NCBI GenBank assembly: GCA_903899985.1
Contig: CAIULL010000126.1
Coordinates: 170 to 64,169 of the forward strand
DNA length: 64,000 nt
Direction of reading: 5' to 3'
Source of the DNA: an uncultured Schlesneria sp.
Lineage (GTDB): Bacteria; Planctomycetota; Planctomycetia; Planctomycetales; Planctomycetaceae
Positions 19,202 to 27,285 of this stretch are shown piece after piece; position 1 is the first letter of the stretch, and each line of letters starts with the position of its first letter. The position numbers were made by a program, and so were the translations under genes. The notes under the pieces are model-generated. The model worked only from the letters and a program-made list of their open reading frames with translations, did no database searches and had not been told where the DNA came from.

Positions 19202-19576
19202 TTAAGCTCGTGTTTTGATCTTCTTCATGTGCTTCTTACCCCAGCCGCACATGATTTCGGTGATCGGGCGGAGTGTCTCCCCGTATTCGGTCAATGAATA
19301 TTCGACTTTGGGCGGCACTTCGGGATAAACCTTGCGGTGGACGATGCCGTCACGTTCGAGTTCCCGAAGTTGCTGTGTCAACATTCGCTCGCTCACACCG
19401 GGTATCTTCCGCCTCAATTCAGCAAAGCGGTGCGTCCCTGAGTGCGAGAGGTGGAACAGGATCACCACCTTCCACTTGCCGCCGATCACTGACAGAGTCG
19501 CTTCAACCGGGCAGTTGAAAAACTGATCGGTGCATGCGGAATCTGTGTCACTTACTTTCATGTAAGTACCCAACAT
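19202..19576 (-). CDS. HxlR-family winged-helix regulator
   Basis: [44 protein letters not shown]; alternative start ATG 19561. Confidence 0.95.
   Translation of the reverse strand: MLGTYMKVSDTDSACTDQFFNCPVEATLSVIGGKWKVVILFHLSHSGTHRFAELRRKIPGVSERMLTQQLRELERDGIVHRKVYPEVPPKVEYSLTEYGETLRPITEIMCGWGKKHMKKIKTRA
19550..19567. promoter_or_regulatory. Putative HxlR operator
   Basis: Palindrome ACTTAC-TTTCAT-GTAAGT over the regulator's alternative start; related site CATTAC-CTTTC-GTAAGT at 19634-19650. Confidence 0.5.
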
Positions 19577-19667
19577 TTAAATGCGTACTTGTTGATTGGA
19601 ATGATGGATTCTACGATCCCGCCGAAGGAATGTCATTACCTTTCGTAAGTGATCCGTCTGTTCCGAC

Positions 19668-19991
19668 ATGACACAAAAAGGAGTACGACAAATGCAATTC
19701 CTCGCCATCCTCAAAGTAAAACCCGATGCACCCCGGGAAAAACTTGGGCCGTTGGTCAAGCCCGAAGCGTCACATGCGTGGGACATGGTGACCTCCGGCA
19801 TACTTCGGTCAGCCCATTACATCAAAGGTCCGGTCGGTGCTGTTCTGCTACTCGAAACGGTCGATGAACAAGAGGCCGAAAAGCACGTCAAGAAGTTGCC
19901 AATGGTCGAGCATGGCCTGCTGAGCGTTGAAATCCTGCCGCTGACACCATTTACCGGATTTGAGTCACTGTTTGCTTCTCCCACAACCTGA
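19668..19991 (+). CDS. Muconolactone isomerase/YciI-like small protein
   Basis: EASHAWDMVTSGILRS, GAVLLLE, HVKKLPMVEHGLLSVEILPLTPF. Confidence 0.7.
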   Translation: MTQKGVRQMQFLAILKVKPDAPREKLGPLVKPEASHAWDMVTSGILRSAHYIKGPVGAVLLLETVDEQEAEKHVKKLPMVEHGLLSVEILPLTPFTGFESLFASPTT

Positions 19992-20008
19992 AAAGCGGAG
20001 TTTGTCCG

Positions 20009-20710
20009 ATGAATGTGCTGATTGTTTACGCTCATGAAGAACCCAAATCATTCAATGGCGCCATGCGGGATACGGCTGTTCGAGTCCTCCAGGAAACCGG
20101 CCATACCGTCGAAGTGTCTGACCTCTATGCCATGCAGTTCAATCCGGTTGGCGGGAAACATGATTTCACGACGCTGACTGATCCGGACTTTTTCAAATAT
20201 GGCGTCGAGCAGACTAAGGCGAGCGAAGCCAGAACGTTTGCGGCCGATGTTGCTACCGAGCAGGAAAAACTGCTGCGGGCGGACCTCTTGATCTTTCAAT
20301 TCCCACTGTGGTGGTTCGGTCTTCCGGCCATCATGAAGGGCTGGGTCGATCGAGTATTCGCGGCGGGACTGACATATGGTGGTGGTCGGTGGTACTCCAA
20401 CGGCGTCTTCAAAGGCAAACGGGCGATGGTCAGTTTGACAACCGGAGGGGGGCCGACGATTTACAGTCCAACAGGACTCAACGGCGAGATGGACTCGCTG
20501 CTGTTCCCGATTCAGCACGGCATGTTCTACTTTCTCGGTTTCGACGTGCTGCCGCCGTTTGTTGCCTGGTCAGTCGCACGGAGCTCGCAGGAGCAGCGGG
20601 AAGAATACCTGCGGGAGTATGCCGAACGTCTCCGAAACTGGCGGACTTCCGAGACAATTCATTTTCCGTCCCTTGAAGAATACGATGAGACGATGCAATT
20701 GAAGATTTGA
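20009..20710 (+). CDS. NAD(P)H:quinone oxidoreductase (flavodoxin-2, NQO/KefF-like)
   Basis: VYAHEEPKSFN, SDLYAMQFNP, FQFPLWWFGLPAIMKGWVDRVF, LTTGG. Confidence 0.92.
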   Translation: MNVLIVYAHEEPKSFNGAMRDTAVRVLQETGHTVEVSDLYAMQFNPVGGKHDFTTLTDPDFFKYGVEQTKASEARTFAADVATEQEKLLRADLLIFQFPLWWFGLPAIMKGWVDRVFAAGLTYGGGRWYSNGVFKGKRAMVSLTTGGGPTIYSPTGLNGEMDSLLFPIQHGMFYFLGFDVLPPFVAWSVARSSQEQREEYLREYAERLRNWRTSETIHFPSLEEYDETMQLKI

Positions 20711-20718
20711 CGGTCGCT

Positions 20719-21171
20719 TCAGGATTTTGTCATCAAGCGCATCGCCGTCATTTCAGACTCGATAAACCCATGGCGACCATAGAACCGGATTGCTCGGGCA
20801 TTCAGTTTGTCGGTTAATAAAGTGATGCGTAAGAAACCGTGGGAACGTGCATATTCAATGGCGCTTTGTAACAAGCGAGAACCGAGTCCGCCGCCACGCC
20901 GGTCCGGGTGAACGACCATATCTTCCAACCAGCAGACGGGGCCACCTTCGGCAGTGCTGATGGTGAATAACAGGCTGACCATTCCGACCACTTGATCGCC
21001 GTCGCGGGCCGCGAGAATGACGCCGACTTGAGCCGACCCGATGATGAGGCGTAATCCTCGTTCCTGCTTGTCGCGGTCGGGTGTGAAATCGGCTTCTTGC
21101 GTGAACAGCAGATTCAACAGTTCGGCCAATTGCGTTACATCGCTCAATGTTGCTGGCGTAATGTGTTCCAT
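20719..21171 (-). CDS. GNAT-family N-acetyltransferase
   Basis: LEDMVVHPDRRGGGLGSRLL, ITLLTD, NARAIRFYGRHGF; start at ATG 21171. Confidence 0.88.
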   Translation of the reverse strand: MEHITPATLSDVTQLAELLNLLFTQEADFTPDRDKQERGLRLIIGSAQVGVILAARDGDQVVGMVSLLFTISTAEGGPVCWLEDMVVHPDRRGGGLGSRLLQSAIEYARSHGFLRITLLTDKLNARAIRFYGRHGFIESEMTAMRLMTKS

Positions 21172-22466
21172 GGAAGCCTCATCATTGGCTGAATGGTTCC
21201 GTAGGTCATTGACCGCCATAGCCATTCGACCGGACCGAAACGAAAGTATTTCAGCCACAGCGGGCTGTACCAGAGTTGCAAAGACCAGACGGCTGCGACG
21301 ATCGCGTAGAGCTGAACTCGGTCAAAGGCCCCGTAGTATCCGAATCCGTAGCCGTTGAAGAATGTCGTGCAGAGCAATGATTGCATCAGGTAATTCGTCA
21401 GTGCCATACGTCCAACCGCTGCCAGTCGGCAGGTAAGCCAGGAGAACCAGCCCGCTTTGCAGATCAACATGACGACTGCGATATGCCCCAGTGCAACCAG
21501 AAGACTTCCGTAGAAATTAATCTGAAAACAGCTGCCGAACAGGGTCACGACATCGAAGTTATTCTGGATCAAACGGTTTGCGGCGAACGCCACGACCGGC
21601 CAGCCTATGCCATAACCAAAGAGTGCAAGCAGCCGGTAAAACCGTATCGACCGAGTGGCCGTAAAGACGCCTAATTTCATCAGGGCCATACCGATCAACA
21701 TCCGGCCTGTGACAGTCCAGACAAAGGCGCTGCCAAATACGGTCGTCTGGACTCCGAACGCTTCTGGTGCATTTTTGACGACCAGCCTCCAGTAAGACGA
21801 CTCTCGGTTTTCCTTAATCGTTTCCGAGACTTCGCTGGCCGTCGGATGAAATGCCTTGCGGATGCCGTTCCAACCCTCGGCCAGTTCCTTGTCTTTATCG
21901 GAAATGGGCTGGCGATTTTGCTCGGCGGCCTGAACTCGAACCGATGCGTCACGAAACGATTGAAACAGCCCGGCGACCGCTGCTGTCAAAGGAACCGAGG
22001 GGAGCGTCAGAAGTATTGCAATAACCACAAGCGTTCGTGGTGAGAGTTTTCGAAACGGGTAGGCCAGCATTCCACAGAGGGCATACGAGACGAGGATGTC
22101 ACCATCCCAGATCAGATAGGCGTGAATCAGGCCGATGATGAGAAGGATGCCGACCCGCCGGTAGTACAGCATCGTGGACGACTTTCCTTGTTGAGTTGTT
22201 CGATCGGTCATCAAGACAAGTCCCGCGCCGAACAGCATTGAAAAGATCGTGATCATCTTTTCATCAAACAAGAAATAACCGACGAGCCAGGCGACGTAGT
22301 TCATACCTGTGAAGCCGCCAGCGACGTTCGGATTGAGTCGTGCCGTGCCAGGAAGTCCCAGCGAGAGGATGTTCATCGTCAAGATGCCACAAAGGGCAAA
22401 ACCTCGAAGAACGTCAATCGAAGCGATCCGTTCAGATGAAGTGATGGGAGCAGCTTGTTCGCTCAA
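21144..22466 (-). CDS. DUF418 (YeiB-like) membrane protein
   Basis: RIASIDVLRGFALCGIL, FSMLFGAG, GDILVSYA, GRMALTNYLMQS, FRFGPVEWLWRSMTYG. Confidence 0.9.
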   Translation of the reverse strand: MSEQAAPITSSERIASIDVLRGFALCGILTMNILSLGLPGTARLNPNVAGGFTGMNYVAWLVGYFLFDEKMITIFSMLFGAGLVLMTDRTTQQGKSSTMLYYRRVGILLIIGLIHAYLIWDGDILVSYALCGMLAYPFRKLSPRTLVVIAILLTLPSVPLTAAVAGLFQSFRDASVRVQAAEQNRQPISDKDKELAEGWNGIRKAFHPTASEVSETIKENRESSYWRLVVKNAPEAFGVQTTVFGSAFVWTVTGRMLIGMALMKLGVFTATRSIRFYRLLALFGYGIGWPVVAFAANRLIQNNFDVVTLFGSCFQINFYGSLLVALGHIAVVMLICKAGWFSWLTCRLAAVGRMALTNYLMQSLLCTTFFNGYGFGYYGAFDRVQLYAIVAAVWSLQLWYSPLWLKYFRFGPVEWLWRSMTYGTIQPMMRLPWNTLRQQH

Positions 22467-22563
22467 GATTTATTCCTTCGCTTCAGTTGAGTTCGTACGG
22501 AACAAAGCTCTGTCCATGAAGGAAGTCTATTGTCATAAAGCGAGCGAATCCGGCGCGAGAGAT

Positions 22564-23841
22564 TCAACCATGGAACGTGTTTTCGATCAACTGAATCGCG
22601 GCTGCAACACCGTCTTCACTGCTCATCTTTTTCCCAATGATTACGGCACGTTGTTCCATTTCCTGGCGACGAAGAACATCAAGGATGCCATTGGCAAGTT
22701 GCCTGGAAGTCAGTCCCTTGCGTTGAAGTGTATTACCACCAACCCCCAATCGTTCGAGTTCGCTTCCCCAGAAGAATTGGTCTGACACATGCGCAACGAT
22801 GATCGACGGTCGGCCCGCGAGCAGTGTGGACTGTGTTGTTCCCGCTCCTCCATGATGAATCACCATCGCACAGCGGGGAAAAACTTTTTTGTAAGGTGAA
22901 CGGCGCACAAGAAAGAGATGCGGGTTTGCAGATATTGAGGGAAAATCGCCCCAGGGTAATTGAAGGATCGCGCGGCAACCTGCACGCCGAACAGCCTGTT
23001 CCCAGATCTCTGCCACTTCCGAAAGATAGTCCTGATTATTGATCAGCATGCTTCCAAACGTCATGTAAATCGGCGGACTTCCTGCCGTCAAAAAATCGTC
23101 TAAACCAACCGGTAAGTCGTCGGTCATCAAATTCGCCGGGGGATTGAGAAAACCACAGACGTGATGCCGCGAATCCCAGTCTGGCGGCGCCTGGCAGATT
23201 TGAGGGCTGACGGCGACGAGATTGAGTCGGTCGGAGGCCCACGTTTGAGTCATAACGTCCGTGTCTGGCGGAAGTCCTTCACGAGTACGAAGCGAATTCA
23301 CTCGCGGAAGAAATATCCGGTTGACCATCATCCGCACCAGTCTCCAGCCAAGGCCATAGGACCAGCGCCCAATGTCCGGGATTCCAGGGGGGCGAATCCA
23401 CTTCGAAGGGATGCAATTGTGAACGATATTGACCGTGACCAACGGTACGCCAGATTTCTCGGCAGCCACGCGCAACGGGTAGACAAAGAAATGTCCGACG
23501 ACAACGTCGTTTTCTTCACACAGCTTCACGGCAGCGGCGTACATCGGTCCGACAACAGGATCGAACCCGTATTTCATCACGAGTTCGGCCTGTTTGATCG
23601 GATTGCCAAGTTCGATGATCCGTCGCCAGACCTTATCCGCCGCTTCGGCTGAAGGGATTTCGGGATTCGTAACCGAAACAAGTTGGTAGCCGAATCGCTT
23701 CGCAAGTTCGCTATAATCCCTGCCGATATTGTCCGTGATAACCAGGGTCACCGTATGACCGGCCTTCACGAGTCCTGCCGCAAGTGCCGTGAAAGGTTGA
23801 ATGTCTCCTTCACTTCCCCATGCTTGCAAACCGATTTTCAT
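22564..23841 (-). CDS. GT1-family glycosyltransferase (sterol/small-molecule UDP-glycosyltransferase-like)
   Basis: WGSEGDIQPF, YMTFGSM, HHGGAGTT, DQFFWG. Confidence 0.9.
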   Translation of the reverse strand: MKIGLQAWGSEGDIQPFTALAAGLVKAGHTVTLVITDNIGRDYSELAKRFGYQLVSVTNPEIPSAEAADKVWRRIIELGNPIKQAELVMKYGFDPVVGPMYAAAVKLCEENDVVVGHFFVYPLRVAAEKSGVPLVTVNIVHNCIPSKWIRPPGIPDIGRWSYGLGWRLVRMMVNRIFLPRVNSLRTREGLPPDTDVMTQTWASDRLNLVAVSPQICQAPPDWDSRHHVCGFLNPPANLMTDDLPVGLDDFLTAGSPPIYMTFGSMLINNQDYLSEVAEIWEQAVRRAGCRAILQLPWGDFPSISANPHLFLVRRSPYKKVFPRCAMVIHHGGAGTTQSTLLAGRPSIIVAHVSDQFFWGSELERLGVGGNTLQRKGLTSRQLANGILDVLRRQEMEQRAVIIGKKMSSEDGVAAAIQLIENTFHG

Positions 23842-24025
23842 TTATTCGCGTCCGTGTGAAGTAGAAACCGTTCGATGCGCGAGGTGCTCCCTGTAAAGGA
23901 AAGCCGATCACTTGCCAAGTCAGTCCGTTTCCCCGTGTAATTCCGGTGCGAAAGACAAGCAGACATTGCATCGAGTTAAGCATGACCAGGATGATTGATT
24001 GACCACAAGTGCAAGTTGGCCACTA

Positions 24026-24220
24026 ATGTCGATGTGCGAAACGTGCTGCCACGGACGAGAGGTCCGCACGGCACGATCGCGCTTCCTGCTGTGTGAATTA
24101 TCCACGAGTCTGAATCACTATCCCAAGTATCCTCCACAGCCGATGATTCGTTGCGATGGATATGTAAGGGTCGATGAGCCGGAAGATTTGAATGCACCTG
24201 AGAAGACGGAAAAACAATAG
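24026..24220 (+). CDS. Small Cys-rich hypothetical protein (CxxC...C...C)
   Basis: MSMCETCCHGREVRTARSRFLLCELSTSLNHYPKYPPQPMIRCDGY; 10 bp upstream of the ferritin-like gene. Confidence 0.6.
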   Translation: MSMCETCCHGREVRTARSRFLLCELSTSLNHYPKYPPQPMIRCDGYVRVDEPEDLNAPEKTEKQ

Positions 24221-24230
24221 AGGCTGAGCT

Positions 24231-24806
24231 TTGAACCTGTGTCACCCAAAACTGGTCAAGCTGCTTCAGCTCGCCTCTTCCGCCGAGAAAGCGGCCGCAT
24301 TTGCTTACATTGGCCACGCCGGCTCGGTGAAGAATCCCGACCAGAAAGCCGCCATCAGGCAAATCGAACTGGATGAATGGCGACACCGGGAAACAGTGCT
24401 CGCGATCATGCAGCAATATGAAATTTCTCCGTCACGTTACAACGAGGTCAAATATCACATCATCGGCAGAGCTATTTCATTGAGCTGTTACGTGATCGGC
24501 TGGTTCATGCCCTACTACTTCGCCGGACGCCTGGAAAGTGGCAACGTCTGTGAGTATTTCATCATGATGAGATATTTCCACGAAGTGGGGATCACGGACC
24601 ACGATGAAGCGTTGTACGAAATGGGGATGAAAGAGAAGGAGCACGAAGTCTATTTTCAGAAGAGCCTCGAGACCAATCCGCTGTTACCGTTGTTCGAAAG
24701 AATTTTCGGCTGGGGAAAGAAAAGCAGTTTGAATAATGTCGATTCGGAGAACAGGCTTTCTGTCAAAGAGTCCAGCACATATTGTCAACACCGAAAGTCG
24801 TCATGA
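24231..24806 (+). CDS. Ferritin-like di-iron carboxylate protein (Coq7/demethoxyubiquinone hydroxylase-like)
   Basis: E(KAAAFAY), DEWRH (ExxH), ESGNVCEY, EKEH (ExxH), central hydrophobic stretch; TTG start. Confidence 0.8.
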   Translation: MNLCHPKLVKLLQLASSAEKAAAFAYIGHAGSVKNPDQKAAIRQIELDEWRHRETVLAIMQQYEISPSRYNEVKYHIIGRAISLSCYVIGWFMPYYFAGRLESGNVCEYFIMMRYFHEVGITDHDEALYEMGMKEKEHEVYFQKSLETNPLLPLFERIFGWGKKSSLNNVDSENRLSVKESSTYCQHRKSS

Positions 24807-25276
24807 TGATCGAAGTGGTGGAAGGGGATCTGCTCGATCAGGACGTGGACGTCATCGTCAACGCCTGGAACCGTAACATTATTCCGTGGTGGTTGCTTCT
24901 GCCGCAAGGGGTATCCGGGGCCATCAAGCGGCGCGGTGGTACATCCCCGTTCAAAGAGGTTGGCAGTCACGGTCTGATCCCTCTCGGCGGTGCTGTGCTT
25001 ACGTCAGCGGGACGACTTCCATTCAAAGGGATCATTCACGTCGCCGGGATCAATATGCTCTGGAGAGCATCGGAACGATCAATTCGGGATTCTGTGAAGA
25101 ATGCCATACGACTTGCTCAGGACGAGGGCTTCGGTTCGATTGCGTTTCCATTGATTGGAGCTGGTTCTGGCGGCTTCAATCAGGAAAAAACCAAAAGTTT
25201 GATGCTCGACGAACTAAAAAAACACGACATTCAAATGGCAGTGAAGATCGTGGTCTTCGACCAGAGACCGAAATAA
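24803..25276 (+). CDS. Macrodomain protein with atypical substrate loop
   Basis: VEGDL, IVNAWNRNIIPWWLLLPQGVSGAI, IIHVAG, IAFPLIGAGSGG; ATG overlaps the upstream TGA. Confidence 0.88.
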   Translation: MMIEVVEGDLLDQDVDVIVNAWNRNIIPWWLLLPQGVSGAIKRRGGTSPFKEVGSHGLIPLGGAVLTSAGRLPFKGIIHVAGINMLWRASERSIRDSVKNAIRLAQDEGFGSIAFPLIGAGSGGFNQEKTKSLMLDELKKHDIQMAVKIVVFDQRPK

Positions 25277-25548
25277 CAACGTGACCGATTGGCATAACGA
25301 GTCTTTTTTTGATCCCGAGACCCACATTTTGCGTTCAGGATGAAGTATCTCGGCAATTCGATAAACGTCCGAGAGAGAATCGACAGCAAACGAACGCAGT
25401 AGACGAGGACCGCATTATCGCTTCGTTGACATTCATTACGTTCACCCCTGTGATCCATTCTCGGTAAGCATGCAACATCAGACACAATTCGATTGTCGGA
25501 TGATTGATAGCACGAATATTTCTTTTCAGATGAATATCGGAACAACCC

Positions 25549-25824
25549 ATGTTTGATGACGCAGTTTTCTGGCTCTCGCTCGGTACATTGATCGTGGTTC
25601 TGCTATCGCTGACTCGCAATCCGTCGGGAACAATTAACAACAGCCGCCTTGAGCGGAAGGTTGATCTCATCCTCAGCCATTTGGGACTCGATCCCAATCA
25701 AGGAATGGACGATAAGATCGTGGAACTGGTGAAATCGGGGGAGAAGATTCAGGCGATCAAGCTCTACCGTGAGCAGACAGGAGCGGGACTCAAGGAAGCC
25801 AAGAATTATGTGGAAGGGCTCTAA
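25549..25824 (+). CDS. Membrane-anchored ribosomal L7/L12 C-terminal-domain-like protein
   Basis: N-terminal TM, LERKVDLIL, GEKIQAIKLYREQTGAGLKEAKNYVEGL. Confidence 0.78.
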   Translation: MFDDAVFWLSLGTLIVVLLSLTRNPSGTINNSRLERKVDLILSHLGLDPNQGMDDKIVELVKSGEKIQAIKLYREQTGAGLKEAKNYVEGL

Positions 25825-26055
25825 ATGAAACGAAGTCGATCCACCTGGTTCTGGACAGTGTCCGGTGGTTTTTTAGACATCATTTTTTTTGGAATGATGG
25901 GCTGTCTGTCATGGAACTACATTTTCAGAACGCCAGCTACAAATTGGATATTACTCGCGGTGATGTGGCCGTTGTTGTGTTCGTCTCTGCTGACTCCGGC
26001 TTTCAAGTTTTATTCCTTCGTAATGTCGCTTGACTCCAGGACGAGAACAGAATGA
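25825..26055 (+). CDS. Small hypothetical two-TM membrane protein
   Basis: ATG directly after the upstream TAA; two hydrophobic segments. Confidence 0.5.
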   Translation: MKRSRSTWFWTVSGGFLDIIFFGMMGCLSWNYIFRTPATNWILLAVMWPLLCSSLLTPAFKFYSFVMSLDSRTRTE

Positions 26056-26085
26056 GCTTCTGAAGCTGACGTATGGAAATCGTGA

Positions 26086-26832
26086 ATGAACAGCAATCCT
26101 CCCATTTTTGCCCCGGGCCCATCTCCGAACACCGTGATAGCGGCTGATGGCAAAGTGCTGACGGTACCAGAGGGCTGGATCTTGTTGCCTCCTGGTGACG
26201 CGGCCTTAACTCGTCGAGTCAAGGCCGCAGGTGATCATTGGGTGGTGGCCGAAAAAAAGGGTCGGAAGGTTTTTTCGCGAGGTGTCTGGACCTCGGCAGC
26301 GAACATCGAATCGATTCGTGGTGATCTCGAAGCGGAACGAGCCACGGAGAGTTTTGCCAGGAAGAAGGAAGCGGATGCCCGACGACGGGAAAGGGTTCAA
26401 ACCGAGTACGTTGAAGATTTCCTGGGGGCGGTTGTCACCTTTCTGGCATTTCACGAAACGCATACGGATCTCGCCAACCGTCTCGCAAAAGCGGTGACAG
26501 AACATGCCACACCGGTCGGCAGTGGTACGGTCGCTCGCACGAAACGCATTCCGGTTGAACAGCGAGCAGAGGCAGCGGTTATCGCGTGGATGCGTCATCA
26601 GACGACGGGCTACGACAACATGCACATCCCCAGGGAGAAAGGAAAACGCCGTGAAGTCCGTCGCATGTTGGCTCAACGATCGCATCAACTGCTGGAGCAA
26701 TATCGTCAGGGTGCCCCGATTTTAGAGTCGTGTCCGCTGATGAAATCGTTATGTTCCGGGGTCGGGCATTCAAGTTTCAAAATTGGCCCGGCACAGCCGG
26801 TTAGTGCGCGTCGGACGACGGGTTTAGAATAG
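26086..26832 (+). CDS. DUF2293-family protein
   Basis: GWILLPPGDAALTRRVKAAG, HATPVGSGTVART, AVIAWMRHQTTGYD; the last ~25 codons derive from a repeat element. Confidence 0.8.
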   Translation: MNSNPPIFAPGPSPNTVIAADGKVLTVPEGWILLPPGDAALTRRVKAAGDHWVVAEKKGRKVFSRGVWTSAANIESIRGDLEAERATESFARKKEADARRRERVQTEYVEDFLGAVVTFLAFHETHTDLANRLAKAVTEHATPVGSGTVARTKRIPVEQRAEAAVIAWMRHQTTGYDNMHIPREKGKRREVRRMLAQRSHQLLEQYRQGAPILESCPLMKSLCSGVGHSSFKIGPAQPVSARRTTGLE

Positions 26833-26920
26833 GATTATCGATTGCGCGTTGATCGGGAGCAAAGAGGGGGTAGGTATTCAAATTTTGAAATTTTGAATTC
26901 TCAACGCCCGACCCCCTCTT
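26758..26920. repeat. GGGGTCGGGCGTTCAAATTTCAAAATTGGC-family repeats, left cluster
   Basis: Copy at 26758-26787, plus degenerate hairpin AAGAGGGGGTAGG...GCCCGACCCCCTCTT at 26862-26920. Confidence 0.7.
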
Positions 26921-27170
26921 CAAAATCTCACGCTCGCATTAGAAATAATTGTCTTGCGAAATCATCTTTCGGCACCGTGTCAAAAGTGCAGCCACCGGGA
27001 TGACTCACTACAATCCATTCATTGTTCCGGGCAATACGCCTGGTTCGAATTGACTGAGAAATGAGTGCGCGTGTTCGCTCGCCGATGTTTTGAATTTCGT
27101 GCCGTAATAAAGCCCCTCGACGGGGATTTTTAGTGAATACATTAACGAAAATAGGCTGACTGGCTGTTCT

Positions 27171-27265
27171 GGGGTCGGGTGTTCAAATTTCAAAATTGGC
27201 ATCAGGCGATTTTCCAACATGTAGGCGTCTCACAGGCCAATTTTGAAATTTGAACGCCCGACCCC
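27171..27265. repeat. 30-bp inverted repeat pair (REP/MITE-like)
   Basis: GGGGTCGGGTGTTCAAATTTCAAAATTGGC (27171-27200) and GCCAATTTTGAAATTTGAACGCCCGACCCC (27236-27265), 1 mismatch, 35-bp spacer. Confidence 0.85.
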
Positions 27266-27285
27266 TCTTTTTAAGGATTGACCCC

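Noticed and set aside
25277-25548. Minus-strand ORFs 25231-25545 and 25335-25697
   Set aside because: They overlap real plus-strand genes and show no family motif.
26930-27170. Open minus-strand frames between the repeat copies, considered as a transposase (RAYT) remnant
   Set aside because: No HUH or other transposase motif is recognisable, and the longer frame has no start codon.
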